From Bacteroidia bacterium (lineage in GTDB: Bacteria; Bacteroidota; Bacteroidia; Bacteroidales; SM23-62): a DNA stretch of 40,771 nt. Below, piece by piece: positions 19,019 through 29,195 of this stretch. Within the stretch, counting starts at the first letter, position 1; every line of letters begins with the position of its first letter. Made by a program: the position numbers and the translations under genes. The notes below the pieces were generated by a model that was given only the letters and a program-made list of their open reading frames with translations, was not told the DNA's origin and ran no database searches. The stretch spans positions 1 to 40,771 of the forward strand of contig JBGPAO010000003.1 of assembly GCA_041480755.1 (NCBI GenBank), written 5' to 3'.

Positions 19019-19026
19019 TAATTTTG
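19019..19026 (+). promoter_or_regulatory. -7 element (TAATTTTG) for dnaE
   Basis: TAnnTTTG 33 nt before ATG 19060. Confidence 0.5.
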
Positions 19027-19059
19027 TTTGTCGTTTCATTCATTCCAATCAGTTAATCC

Positions 19060-22000
19060 ATGAGCCCGTTCATACATCTTCACGTTCATAGTCAGTATTC
19101 AATTCTTGATGGTGCATCTTCAATTCCATTAATGCTGGATAAAGCCCGTGAGGATGAAATGAAAGCAGTTGCCATTACCGATCATGGTAATCTTTTCGGA
19201 GCTAAAGAATTTCACAATGAAGCAAAAAGCAAGGGTATAAAACCAATTATCGGATGTGAAGTTTATTTCGCAAAAAGAAGCCGTTTTGATAATAAAGAAA
19301 AAGACGATCGGAGCGGATTTCATCTGATACTGCTTGCCAAAAATAAGACCGGTTACAGGAACCTGATTAAACTTGTTTCCCTTGCATATATTGAAGGATA
19401 TTATTACAAACCCCGTATCGATAAGGAATTACTTAAGAAATATCACGAAGGATTGATTGTTACTACTGCCTGTCTTGGAGGGGAGATCCCTTCGCTGATA
19501 CTGAACGGTCAGTATGAACAGGCAGAGGAAGTTCTAAGGGGTTTTATTGAAATCTTCGGCGGTGATTTCTATCTTGAATTACAGCGTCATTATTCAGGGA
19601 ATCCTGTTGTTGACAATGACACTTACGCAAAGCAGCAAATTGTTAATGAAAAACTTATATCGTTCTCCAGAAAATATTCTGTCAAGCTCATTGCAACCAA
19701 TGACGTTCATTTCATTAACCAGGAAGATGCTGAAGCTCATGATCGCCTTATCTGCCTAAATACACAATCTGAGCTGGATGATCCAAACCGCCTCAGATAT
19801 ACAAAACAGGAATGGTTTAAGACTCAGGCTGAGATGAGTGAGATATTTTCAGATATCCCGGAGGCACTTGAAAATACTCTTGAGATTGTAGATAAAACTG
19901 AAAACTATGATTTGAACAGGGACCCTATAATGCCTGATTTCCCGCTTCCTGAGGGATTTGATGATCCTGATGAGTACCTTAAATACCTTACTTTAGAAGG
20001 TGCAAAGAAAAGATATAGTGAGCTATCCGAAGAAATCAAAAACAGGATAGATTATGAACTCAGTGTAATCAAAAAAATGGGGTATCCCGGTTATTTCCTG
20101 ATCGTCCAGGATTTCCTTAGAGCAGCCCGTGAAATGGGTGTGGCGGTAGGTCCCGGCAGAGGAAGTGCTGCTGGTTCGGTTGTAGCATATTGCACGAGGA
20201 TTACAGACATGGATCCATTGAAATATGATCTGCTGTTTGAACGGTTCCTTAATCCCGATCGTATTTCATTGCCTGATATTGATATCGATTTTGATGAAGA
20301 CGGAAGGGAACTTGTCCTTGATTATGTGGTTCAAAAATATGGAAAGGATCATGTTGCCCAGATAATCACATTCGGTACAATGGCCGCTAAAATGGCTATC
20401 AGGGATGTTGCCAGGATTGAAAAGCTCCCCCTGAGTGAAGCGGACAGGCTTGCTAAGCTCGTGCCCGAACGTCCTAACACTACCCTGAAAAAAGCCTATA
20501 AGGAAGTGAAAGAGCTTGAGGAGGCAAGGAATTCAAAAAATCCCCTTATCTCACGCACTTTGAAATATGCTGAAACACTTGAAGGATCTGTGAGACATAC
20601 AGGATTGCATGCATGTGGTATAATAATTGGGAGAGAAAATCTGATGGAGCATATTCCTATCTGTACCTCCAAAGAGACAGAATTGCTGGTTACTCAGTAT
20701 GATGGCAGTCACGTGGAATCGGCCGGGATGCTGAAAATGGATTTCCTTGGTTTAAAAACGCTCTCAATTATTAAAGATACAATAGAACTTATAAAAGAAA
20801 CCAAAGGTATCGAAATCAGGATTGAAGATATCCCCCTTGACGACGCACAAACATTTGAATTATACAGTATGGGAGATACCACAGGTCTTTTCCAGTTTGA
20901 ATCTGACGGTATGAAAAAGCACCTGAGGGAACTTAAACCTAACCGTTTCGAGGACCTCATTGCCATGAATGCACTTTACCGACCGGGGCCTATGGAGTAC
21001 ATCCCAAGATTCATCAACAGAAAACATGGAAAAGAAAAAATTGAATATGACCTGCCAATAATGGAGAAATATCTTAAGGACACATATGGTATTACTGTAT
21101 ACCAGGAACAGGTAATGCTTCTTTCACAGGCTATGGCAGGTTTTACCGGCGGTCAGGCTGATTCCCTTAGAAAAGCAATGGGCAAAAAGAAAAGAAAAAT
21201 GATGGACGAGCTCAGGGAAAAATTTATTGAAGGATGTGAGAAAAATAATATTAAGAGGAGGATAGCTGAAAAGACGTGGACGGACTGGGAAGCTTTTGCC
21301 CAGTACGCGTTCAATAAATCGCACTCAACCTGTTATGCATATGTATCTTACCAGACTGCCTGGCTGAAAGCTCATTATCCTGCTGAATTCATGGCAGCTG
21401 TGCTGAGCCGTAATATAAGCGATATTAAAAAGATCACGACATTCATGAGCGAAGCCCGGCGAATGGGTATGAAAGTCATGGGGCCAGATGTGAATGAGAG
21501 CCGGATCAAATTCACCGTTATTAAAGGTGATATAATAAGGTTTGGCCTTGGAGCGATTAAAGGGCTGGGAGAAGCTGCAGCTTCAAAAATACTTGCTGAA
21601 CGGGAGCAAAACGGTCCCTTCAGGGATATTTACGACTTTGTGGAAAGAGTTGATTTACAATCTGTTAATAAAAAAAGCCTGGAGGCCCTTGCTGCATCAG
21701 GAGCTTTCGATTGCTTCCATGAAATAAAAAGAGGTCACTATTTCGCAGAAGACATTAAGGGATCTAATTTTATTGAATGCCTTATTCGTTATGGCCACAG
21801 GGTACAATCAGACAGGCAGACATCGCAACAATCGCTGTTCGGAGATGGGGATAATATGCATTTCAGCCGGCCCCTGATTCCTGAAAGTGAAGACTGGCCT
21901 CTGCTTTATACACTTGATAAGGAAAAAGAGCTTATCGGGATCTATCTGACTGCCCATCCGCTTGATAATTACCGTCTTGAGATTGACCGGTTCTGTACAC

Positions 22001-22548
22001 ATTCACTTGCTGATCTGAAGGATTTAAAGCCACTTGAAGGTGCAGAAATTTTTATTGCCGGCCTGGTAAGATCTCATACTTCCGGCTTCACAAAAAATAA
22101 TAAACCATACGGAACAGTTTATATCGAAGACTATACAGACTCCTACAGGCTTGTATTATTCAATCTTGATTACGTTACCTTTAAGAACTTCTTTACTCCC
22201 GGATATGCGCTTATGATAAGGGCCGTTGTTCAACCAAGGCAGTTTGGGAATACCAGCGAACTTGAACTAAAGATCAGGAATATTACAATGCTGCCCGATG
22301 TAAGGGATGAACTCATTAAGACTGTAATGCTGAGAATGCCGATCATTGATGTAACATCTGATATTATAGGTGATCTGAAAAAAATTGTTCATAAGGGACC
22401 CGGTAAAGCTTTGTTAAGGTTTAATATTTACGATGCAGAAGAAAATATTAATATTGAAATGTTCTCAAGAAACCAGAGAGTTAGTGTTTCCGACGAATTA
22501 TTGAGCTACCTCGCAGGCAGACCGGAAATTGAGTTCAGATTGAACTGA
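19060..22548 (+). CDS. dnaE: DNA polymerase III alpha subunit
   Basis: PHP motifs HLHVHSQYSILDG and ITDHG, GPGRGSAAGS, catalytic PDIDIDF, YAFNKSH and OB-fold C-terminus; no intein seen. Confidence 0.98.
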   Translation: MSPFIHLHVHSQYSILDGASSIPLMLDKAREDEMKAVAITDHGNLFGAKEFHNEAKSKGIKPIIGCEVYFAKRSRFDNKEKDDRSGFHLILLAKNKTGYRNLIKLVSLAYIEGYYYKPRIDKELLKKYHEGLIVTTACLGGEIPSLILNGQYEQAEEVLRGFIEIFGGDFYLELQRHYSGNPVVDNDTYAKQQIVNEKLISFSRKYSVKLIATNDVHFINQEDAEAHDRLICLNTQSELDDPNRLRYTKQEWFKTQAEMSEIFSDIPEALENTLEIVDKTENYDLNRDPIMPDFPLPEGFDDPDEYLKYLTLEGAKKRYSELSEEIKNRIDYELSVIKKMGYPGYFLIVQDFLRAAREMGVAVGPGRGSAAGSVVAYCTRITDMDPLKYDLLFERFLNPDRISLPDIDIDFDEDGRELVLDYVVQKYGKDHVAQIITFGTMAAKMAIRDVARIEKLPLSEADRLAKLVPERPNTTLKKAYKEVKELEEARNSKNPLISRTLKYAETLEGSVRHTGLHACGIIIGRENLMEHIPICTSKETELLVTQYDGSHVESAGMLKMDFLGLKTLSIIKDTIELIKETKGIEIRIEDIPLDDAQTFELYSMGDTTGLFQFESDGMKKHLRELKPNRFEDLIAMNALYRPGPMEYIPRFINRKHGKEKIEYDLPIMEKYLKDTYGITVYQEQVMLLSQAMAGFTGGQADSLRKAMGKKKRKMMDELREKFIEGCEKNNIKRRIAEKTWTDWEAFAQYAFNKSHSTCYAYVSYQTAWLKAHYPAEFMAAVLSRNISDIKKITTFMSEARRMGMKVMGPDVNESRIKFTVIKGDIIRFGLGAIKGLGEAAASKILAEREQNGPFRDIYDFVERVDLQSVNKKSLEALAASGAFDCFHEIKRGHYFAEDIKGSNFIECLIRYGHRVQSDRQTSQQSLFGDGDNMHFSRPLIPESEDWPLLYTLDKEKELIGIYLTAHPLDNYRLEIDRFCTHSLADLKDLKPLEGAEIFIAGLVRSHTSGFTKNNKPYGTVYIEDYTDSYRLVLFNLDYVTFKNFFTPGYALMIRAVVQPRQFGNTSELELKIRNITMLPDVRDELIKTVMLRMPIIDVTSDIIGDLKKIVHKGPGKALLRFNIYDAEENINIEMFSRNQRVSVSDELLSYLAGRPEIEFRLN

Positions 22549-22649
22549 TCCCTGCAAATTAAAATCTGGTATGTTCATATAAATTATTTCATAATTAAAA
22601 CCAACTCATTATTTTTATCCCCGGGATTTAATTTCAAAATTTCACATAT

Positions 22650-22967
22650 ATGGCAATTGAAGTAACAGACAAGAATTTTGAGGAAATAGTTATTAATTCA
22701 GATAAACCAGTGATTGTGGATTTTTGGGCTAACTGGTGTGGACCCTGCAGAATGATTGGTCCTATAATAGATGAAATCGGTGAAGAATTTAAAGATAAAG
22801 CTGTAGTAACAAAACTTGATGTCGATAGTAATCCCTCGACAACGTTTAAGTTTGGGATAAGAAACATCCCTGCTGTTTTATTCTTTAAAAACGGACGCAT
22901 TGCCGACAAACAAATAGGAACCGTCCCCAAAAGTCGTCTTGTTGCCAAGTTGGAAGCTCTTCTTTAA
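22650..22967 (+). CDS. trxA: Thioredoxin
   Basis: VDFWANWCGPC; 105 aa. Confidence 0.97.
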   Translation: MAIEVTDKNFEEIVINSDKPVIVDFWANWCGPCRMIGPIIDEIGEEFKDKAVVTKLDVDSNPSTTFKFGIRNIPAVLFFKNGRIADKQIGTVPKSRLVAKLEALL

Positions 22968-22970
22968 TCA

Positions 22971-23546
22971 ATGATATCAAGAGTCTCTGTTTTTTGTGCA
23001 TCCAGTCAGAAAATTGACCCTGTTTATTTCAAAGATACCCTTGAACTGGGCGAAATTCTTACCAGAAATAACATAAGTGTTTATTATGGAGGCGGTGCTA
23101 TCGGCCTGATGGGATACCTTGCTGATACAATTCTTAAAAATGGCGGGCATATTACGGGAATAATCCCCCGGTTTATGATTGAACAGGGCTGGGGACATCC
23201 TGAGGTTGATCACATTATTGTCGGTGACATGCATGAAAGAAAGAAAAAGCTTGCTGAAACAGATGCTGTAATTGCTCTTCCGGGTGGCGTCGGAACTATG
23301 GAAGAACTGCTTGAGATGATAACCTTAAAACAACTTGGTAAATTGCTGGTTCCTATTGTGATCTTAAATACAAATGGATTTTTTGATCCTCTCCTGAAAT
23401 TATTTGGCCAGATGATTGAACAGCACTTCATGCGGGAAATCCATAGTAAAATATGGACTTTTGTTAATAAACCATCTGAAGTAATGGAGGCAATCAGGAA
23501 TGCTCCCGATTGGGATGGATCTGCAACAAAATACGCTCCCTCTTAA
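22971..23546 (+). CDS. LOG family (TIGR00730-like) nucleotide phosphoribohydrolase
   Basis: VFCASS, YGGG..GLMG, MHERK and LPGGVGTMEE. Confidence 0.93.
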   Translation: MISRVSVFCASSQKIDPVYFKDTLELGEILTRNNISVYYGGGAIGLMGYLADTILKNGGHITGIIPRFMIEQGWGHPEVDHIIVGDMHERKKKLAETDAVIALPGGVGTMEELLEMITLKQLGKLLVPIVILNTNGFFDPLLKLFGQMIEQHFMREIHSKIWTFVNKPSEVMEAIRNAPDWDGSATKYAPS

Positions 23547-26500
23547 AACCTGCGGCCAATTACAAGTATATCATCAATTTGTTCTATATCTCCCCTCCAG
23601 GCTTCAATTGTACTGTCCAGAATTGATCTCTGCTCCTCCATATTCTTATCCTGGATCTTCAGGAGGAGTTCTTTCATCGGTGCTGATTTGAATTTTTTTC
23701 CTGCAATTCCTCCAAACTGATCAGCATATCCGTCAGAAAATATGTAAATGGTATCCCCCTCCCTGATTTTTATGATATGATTTGTGAATATTTTTTCCTG
23801 AACATCCGTAACCGATCGGCCGATTGCGTAGTGATCACCCTTCGTTTCAGTAAGTTTCCCATTTCTTATCAAATAAATCGGATTATATGCTCCTGAGAAT
23901 TCCAGTACTTTTTCCTCCCTGTTATAGCATACCAGGGTCATATCCATCCCATCTTTAATAATGTTTTTTTCCTCAGCACCATGCTGCAGCGTATTGTTCA
24001 CCTCCTTGTCAAGATGCCACAGGATATCAGAGGGTTTCAGAATCCCATATTCTTTCACAATCTTGTTAAGCATGTTGTAGCCAATTATCGACATGAAAGC
24101 TCCCGGAACACCATGTCCGGTACAATCAACAGCGGCAATAAACTCTTTTCCATCCTTCTCGACCAGCCAGTAGAAATCACCACTGACTATAGCCTTGGGT
24201 TTAAACAGTATAAATGTCTGGCGGAATGGTATTTCCTGTGGAAGTATGGCAACCTGGATTCGTTTAGCATATTCGATTGAATCGGTAATATCCTTATTTT
24301 TCTGGGCAAGCTCTTCTTTCTGTGCGACTACTAATGCAGTCCTTTGCTTTACTTTCTCTTCCAGAATCCTGTTTTCGCGTCTTAACTTTTGTTCACGAAT
24401 TTTAATATAAAGAAGTATAATTCCGGACCCTGCCAGAATGCAAATCAATATGAACCACCAGGTCTGGTAAAACGGAGGCCTTATCTGAAAAGCAAACTGA
24501 ACAGGTTCCGAATTCCAAATACCGTCATTGTTCCTGGCCTTTACCATAAAAACATACTTGCCCGCCTTTAAAGCCGGGTAGGTGGCTGTTGTTTGATCTG
24601 TTTCAGGCATCCAGTCGATATCAGCTCCTTCAAGCTTAAATTTATACCTTACCGCATCCGGATTTATCAGGCATATGCTTGTAAAGTCAAAAATAACAGA
24701 ATTTTCATGGTGTTTCAGCTTCATACCCTGCTTCATCTCCCTATCCCCCAGGTTTATCCTCATTCCTGTAATGTGGGTGAGTGGTTCGATATTTAACCGG
24801 CGTTCAAGCTCAGGATCATACCTGGTAACACCGGCCACAGTTCCGAACCACATCCTGCCCTCCCTGTCCCTGAATACTGCATTATTTTTTGTCTCAATCC
24901 CCGTAAATCCGTTCTTTTTGCTGTAAGTGTATATCATATCTTCACTTCGGGAGAACTTATTAAGTCCCCTGTTGGTTCCGATATAGACATTATTTTCCTG
25001 ATCAACTGCAACAAGCGTTATCAGGTTGGCAAGCAGTCCGTTTTGTCTTGAGAAATGTGCAGCAACTGTATCTTCTGAAATTGCATAAACTCCCTGTCCT
25101 TCTGTTCCGGTCCATATCCACCCTTCCTTATCTTCTGTGATACAAGTCGGGGTAAATTCAGCATGAAGATCGACCTTCATTATCGTATCAGATAAAATCC
25201 TTGCCAGGCCCTTGCCGCGAGCACCAACCCATACTGTGCCCTTTGAGTCAGCAAAAATCGCAGAAATATCCGAACCGGGAAGACCATTGATCTGAGTCAA
25301 ACGTTCTACCTGATTATTATCGATATCATAGTAAAGAAGGCCATCTATTGTACCTACCCATAGATTATTCTCATTGTCTATCTCCATTGCAGTTACTATG
25401 CCCTGCCTGTTGTATGAATTCAGAAGAAAATTATAGTTGAACCTTGACTGGGACGGAATATATTCAAAAGTACCCGCATCATTTGTTCCGATCCAAATAT
25501 GACCATTACGGTCTTCCCTTATATATCTGATCTGGTTCCCCATCTGGTACCTCTCAGGAGTTACATGATGGAATTGTTTGTCTTTGCTTAATGATGGATT
25601 ATATATCGTTATGCCCGCATTGGTGCCAAACCAGTAATTCCCGGAACAGTCCTGAAGAATAGCCCATACCTGATTGTCAATGATCCCATCATTTGTCGAA
25701 TAGGATATGAAATGATCACCTTTAAAAATTGCCAGTCCATTTTCATTGGTTCCTATGAGAATATTTCCTTCGATATCCTCGGTAATACATCGAATCTTGC
25801 TGTCGGGTAATCCGTTTAAGGTGTTAAAATTCTGGATCCTGTCACCGGTGAACCTGCTGATTCCCCCACCCCAGGTTCCGGCCCAGATATTACCATATCT
25901 GTCCTCAAATACTGAATTGATTATATTATTTGCCAGTCCGTCACGGGTAGTATAAAACAAAAAAGAATCCCTGGCTGTCTCATATTTATAAAGCCCGCCA
26001 TTATGGGTACCAAACCAGAAATTCCCTTTTGAATCCTCCAAAAGAGTAATGATCTGGAAGTACAGTGGCATCTTTTCTATAACAAACTGTTCAAAATCGT
26101 TTGTATTCCTGTTATATTTTTTAATGCCGACATCAGTTACTAAATATAATGTGCTGTCTCTTCCAACATAAGATCTAAACACCTGATCGCTGAGTCTTTT
26201 TCCGAGGTATTGTTCATATCTGAGTTCCGTCATCAAAGCATCAGGATTCCATATACATACTGCACCACTACCTGCTGTTGCGATCCATAATTTGCCATCC
26301 TGATCAATTGAAAAAGAAGTAATATCGCTTTTAAGCAATTGAGATAAGGAATCAAGCCGCTCAAATTTTTTTCCGTTATAACGGGTTATGCCTCCGCCCT
26401 TATGTCCAAACCAGATTGTTCCTGAATTATCCTGGATAATTGCCTGTACACCGTTGATTGCAAGGCCATCTTCAGTAGTAAAGTTATCAAATAAAACTCC

Positions 26501-26725
26501 ATCAAACCGCGACACACCACCATCAGTTCCCAGCCACACATAATCATTTTTATCCTGGATTATAGTATAGACCTTGGACTGCGCCAGTCCCTGCTGAACA
26601 CTATATATGTCAAAGAAATAGGTCTGTGCTTCAGAAATTTGTAATTGAAAAAAGAGAACCAAAAAAAAAGCTATCCGCAACAGATTGCGAATAGCTTTTT
26701 TGAATCCCCCAAGTTCATGTACCAT
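23543..26725 (-). CDS. Membrane sensor phosphatase: beta-propeller (Reg_prop) repeats + Y_Y_Y + TM + SpoIIE/PP2C domain
   Basis: Signal ending SEA-Q; many D..G..W.GT..G repeats; YKFKLEG..W..Y..L..G.Y.F.VKA.N.DG.W; TM WWFILICILAG; PP2C motifs VSGDFYW, DCTGHGVPGA, DGMD, SDGYADQFGG and DDIL. Confidence 0.92.
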   Translation of the reverse strand: MVHELGGFKKAIRNLLRIAFFLVLFFQLQISEAQTYFFDIYSVQQGLAQSKVYTIIQDKNDYVWLGTDGGVSRFDGVLFDNFTTEDGLAINGVQAIIQDNSGTIWFGHKGGGITRYNGKKFERLDSLSQLLKSDITSFSIDQDGKLWIATAGSGAVCIWNPDALMTELRYEQYLGKRLSDQVFRSYVGRDSTLYLVTDVGIKKYNRNTNDFEQFVIEKMPLYFQIITLLEDSKGNFWFGTHNGGLYKYETARDSFLFYTTRDGLANNIINSVFEDRYGNIWAGTWGGGISRFTGDRIQNFNTLNGLPDSKIRCITEDIEGNILIGTNENGLAIFKGDHFISYSTNDGIIDNQVWAILQDCSGNYWFGTNAGITIYNPSLSKDKQFHHVTPERYQMGNQIRYIREDRNGHIWIGTNDAGTFEYIPSQSRFNYNFLLNSYNRQGIVTAMEIDNENNLWVGTIDGLLYYDIDNNQVERLTQINGLPGSDISAIFADSKGTVWVGARGKGLARILSDTIMKVDLHAEFTPTCITEDKEGWIWTGTEGQGVYAISEDTVAAHFSRQNGLLANLITLVAVDQENNVYIGTNRGLNKFSRSEDMIYTYSKKNGFTGIETKNNAVFRDREGRMWFGTVAGVTRYDPELERRLNIEPLTHITGMRINLGDREMKQGMKLKHHENSVIFDFTSICLINPDAVRYKFKLEGADIDWMPETDQTTATYPALKAGKYVFMVKARNNDGIWNSEPVQFAFQIRPPFYQTWWFILICILAGSGIILLYIKIREQKLRRENRILEEKVKQRTALVVAQKEELAQKNKDITDSIEYAKRIQVAILPQEIPFRQTFILFKPKAIVSGDFYWLVEKDGKEFIAAVDCTGHGVPGAFMSIIGYNMLNKIVKEYGILKPSDILWHLDKEVNNTLQHGAEEKNIIKDGMDMTLVCYNREEKVLEFSGAYNPIYLIRNGKLTETKGDHYAIGRSVTDVQEKIFTNHIIKIREGDTIYIFSDGYADQFGGIAGKKFKSAPMKELLLKIQDKNMEEQRSILDSTIEAWRGDIEQIDDILVIGRRF

Positions 26726-26741
26726 AAAGTTAGGCTTAATC

Positions 26742-29090
26742 TTACTTTAACATAAAAAAGAATGTTCCGTCTTCATCTTCCAAACCGGCAATTTTACCAA
26801 ATTGGGGCTTTTGCTGGTTATTCTTGACTACTGCCGTAGTAACTTTAGTTACGATGCTTTCAATTGGAATACATGCATCAGGACTGTTAGAAAGTGAATT
26901 GGCAAATGTCCTTGTAAATTGGGAATTATCAATTGCCAGTTGATAACCTGCTGAAGAGAAGACCTGTGACGATTTGAAACGGGTTGCCTGCCAGTCATCA
27001 CAACTCCTTTCCTTCAGATCTGACCTCATTGCCTGGTAAAAACTGGGTCCGGATTCACAGGCATCAGTAATAACCAGAGTATGAGTTACATAATTTGCAT
27101 ATGATTGCATTGAAGCTTTCAGCGCATTGATATTAAAATAAGTGAATTCATCCTCCCTTTTGGCATCTGTGGGGATCCAGTAACCTGTTTCATTGATAAA
27201 CTTACCATGCCCTGCATACCAGATCAATATTGAGTTCACCCGGTTGCTTCTGACAAGATCTCTCAATTCAATAGAGAAAAATCTTTCCATATCACTTTTA
27301 GTCATGTTCTTTTTATCCACAATATTATGTATCTGGTATTTTGCCAGGGCTGATTTCATCAGGCTTACATCTTTTGGTGGTCCTTCGAGGCTTGGAAATG
27401 TCTCATAATCCGAATTTTCAATGAAAACCGCCCATGTCTTGCCCATGGGATTAGCTGCTGATATTACAGCAGCATCACGGTTCAGTGTGAATTCAGCATC
27501 TGTTCTGTTACCATAAACATCTGTTACAATTACTGTGATTTTGTTTTTGTTCAATACATCGAGATTTGCAGAAAAAGAAGGATTGATCTCATCAGGTATA
27601 TAACTGGCCAAAACTCCGTTGATAAGTATGCTCTTAATAAGACTTTCATCCTCGATTTTACCCTCTACATAAACAGTCGGACTATTCGAATCAAGATAAA
27701 TCTGTCCATCATCTGATGCATATGGAGCTATAATAAAAACTCCCGGAGCACCTACTTCAGTGAAATTGATTGCATAGCGTCCTGATACCGTATTATCATA
27801 AACATCGGTAGCTGTAATTAAAACCTCTTCCTTATTATGTATATCCAGTGCAACCAGGAATTCATATTTTCCCGACTCCTCATTCCTGTTGACAGGTATC
27901 TGCTGGTTGTCAATTGTTAATGATTTAATATCACTTTCATCCTCAATCATACCTTTCATAGTAACAATAGCTGAACCCTTTGGAAATTGAAGCAAAGCTT
28001 CGTCTCTAAGTTGTGGTTCAAGAATTACAATGACCGGTTTATTGGCTTCCCTGTATAATTCGAATAGTCTTCCTTTAGTCTCTTCCATCAGTCTCTGCGC
28101 CTGAGGATCAGATCCTGATAATGGTGTAAGGGCTTCATAATCTTTTATTGCTGCTTTGTAGTTAGCTATCTGTTCATAGGAATATGCTCTTTTATATAAT
28201 GCCTGAGCGTTTTGGGGATTTATCATCAGAACTTTGGTAAAATCATTGATAGCGTTGGTATGCTGGGTGAAATCCTGGTAATAACAACCGCGTATAAAAT
28301 ACATCTCCTCATCGTCAGGATTCATAAGGATATTTTTTGATATGTCGTCAATTGCTTTCGGATAATCTAATTGCTTGATATATATCTTGCTCCTGACCAG
28401 GTATGCCTTTCTGTTATTAGGATCCAGCCCGATAGCATTATTAACATGATTAAGGGCAAATTGCACCTTATCCAGCTGCAGCCTCAGTTCTGCAAGGGAT
28501 ATATATGCGTTGACGTGTCTCGGATCTCTTCCTACAGTTTTAATAAAGTCCTCTTCAGCTGCGCTGAAACGGCCTAACTGTACATTTATCAATCCCCGTA
28601 AATAAAAATTCTCAGCTGTTTCCTTCAAGGTAAGAGCTGTATTACAGGTTGCCATTGCCTCTTCATACTTCCCCAGAGCCATAAGGGATTTTGCCTTAAT
28701 TACATATCCATCCGGATTGGTTTTTTTCAGGATAATTGATGCATCAGCTTTATCAATTGCTTTCTGATATTCCCCAAGCAGGAAATTTAATCTTGCACTC
28801 TGGTAAAAGACATCTGTATTATTACCCAGAAAAGTGGATGCCCGGTCATAATCCTCGGCTGCTTCTTTCAGCATGTTGATTCTCTCATAAGCATTCGCCC
28901 TTGCCAGGTAGGCATTGGCAAAATCTGGCTGCAGGTCGAGTGCTTTGGTGAATTGGTCGATGGCATCCTTATAATTACCAGCCGTAACAAACTCAACGCC
29001 GGTTTTAAAAAACTTTTTTGCATTCTGTGAAAATACAATTGCTGGTATGAACAATAAAAAAATAAAAATCAGAAATTTTGTAGTTCTCAT
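26742..29090 (-). CDS. Exported TPR + two Ig-like repeats + caspase-like (peptidase C14) protein
   Basis: Signal MRTTKFLIFIFLLFIPAIVFS-Q (start moved to 29090); about 9-10 TPR units; duplicated G.IEDES.IKS..I beta modules; C14 motifs YAGHG, GYWIP.DA and DACESG. Confidence 0.88.
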   Translation of the reverse strand: MRTTKFLIFIFLLFIPAIVFSQNAKKFFKTGVEFVTAGNYKDAIDQFTKALDLQPDFANAYLARANAYERINMLKEAAEDYDRASTFLGNNTDVFYQSARLNFLLGEYQKAIDKADASIILKKTNPDGYVIKAKSLMALGKYEEAMATCNTALTLKETAENFYLRGLINVQLGRFSAAEEDFIKTVGRDPRHVNAYISLAELRLQLDKVQFALNHVNNAIGLDPNNRKAYLVRSKIYIKQLDYPKAIDDISKNILMNPDDEEMYFIRGCYYQDFTQHTNAINDFTKVLMINPQNAQALYKRAYSYEQIANYKAAIKDYEALTPLSGSDPQAQRLMEETKGRLFELYREANKPVIVILEPQLRDEALLQFPKGSAIVTMKGMIEDESDIKSLTIDNQQIPVNRNEESGKYEFLVALDIHNKEEVLITATDVYDNTVSGRYAINFTEVGAPGVFIIAPYASDDGQIYLDSNSPTVYVEGKIEDESLIKSILINGVLASYIPDEINPSFSANLDVLNKNKITVIVTDVYGNRTDAEFTLNRDAAVISAANPMGKTWAVFIENSDYETFPSLEGPPKDVSLMKSALAKYQIHNIVDKKNMTKSDMERFFSIELRDLVRSNRVNSILIWYAGHGKFINETGYWIPTDAKREDEFTYFNINALKASMQSYANYVTHTLVITDACESGPSFYQAMRSDLKERSCDDWQATRFKSSQVFSSAGYQLAIDNSQFTRTFANSLSNSPDACIPIESIVTKVTTAVVKNNQQKPQFGKIAGLEDEDGTFFFMLK

Positions 29091-29169
29091 TTTATGCAAT
29101 TTATTGTTAAAATTAATAATATTATACGTATTGAAAACCATGTAAGTTGCAAAAAATCTTTGTGTTATA

Positions 29170-29177
29170 CAAATTTA
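29170..29177 (-). promoter_or_regulatory. -7 element (TAAATTTG) upstream of the TPR-caspase/sensor pair
   Basis: Minus-strand TAnnTTTG between the ribD stop and the TPR-caspase start. Confidence 0.45.
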
Positions 29178-29195
29178 TTTTGTCTAACAGGTATT

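Noticed and set aside
19060-22548. Intein in dnaE
   Set aside because: Length is typical, motifs are contiguous, and I saw no splice-junction or LAGLIDADG blocks.
26661-26669. A9 tract in the sensor signal-peptide region as a phase-variation switch
   Set aside because: It encodes Phe/Leu in a hydrophobic stretch of an AT-rich genome, the frame is intact, and there is no evidence of slippage.
23543-29090. Classical caspase-based anti-phage system (gasdermin, CHAT/Craspase, STAND NTPase)
   Set aside because: No gasdermin, NTPase or Cas neighbour is present, both proteins appear exported, and the flanking genes are housekeeping.
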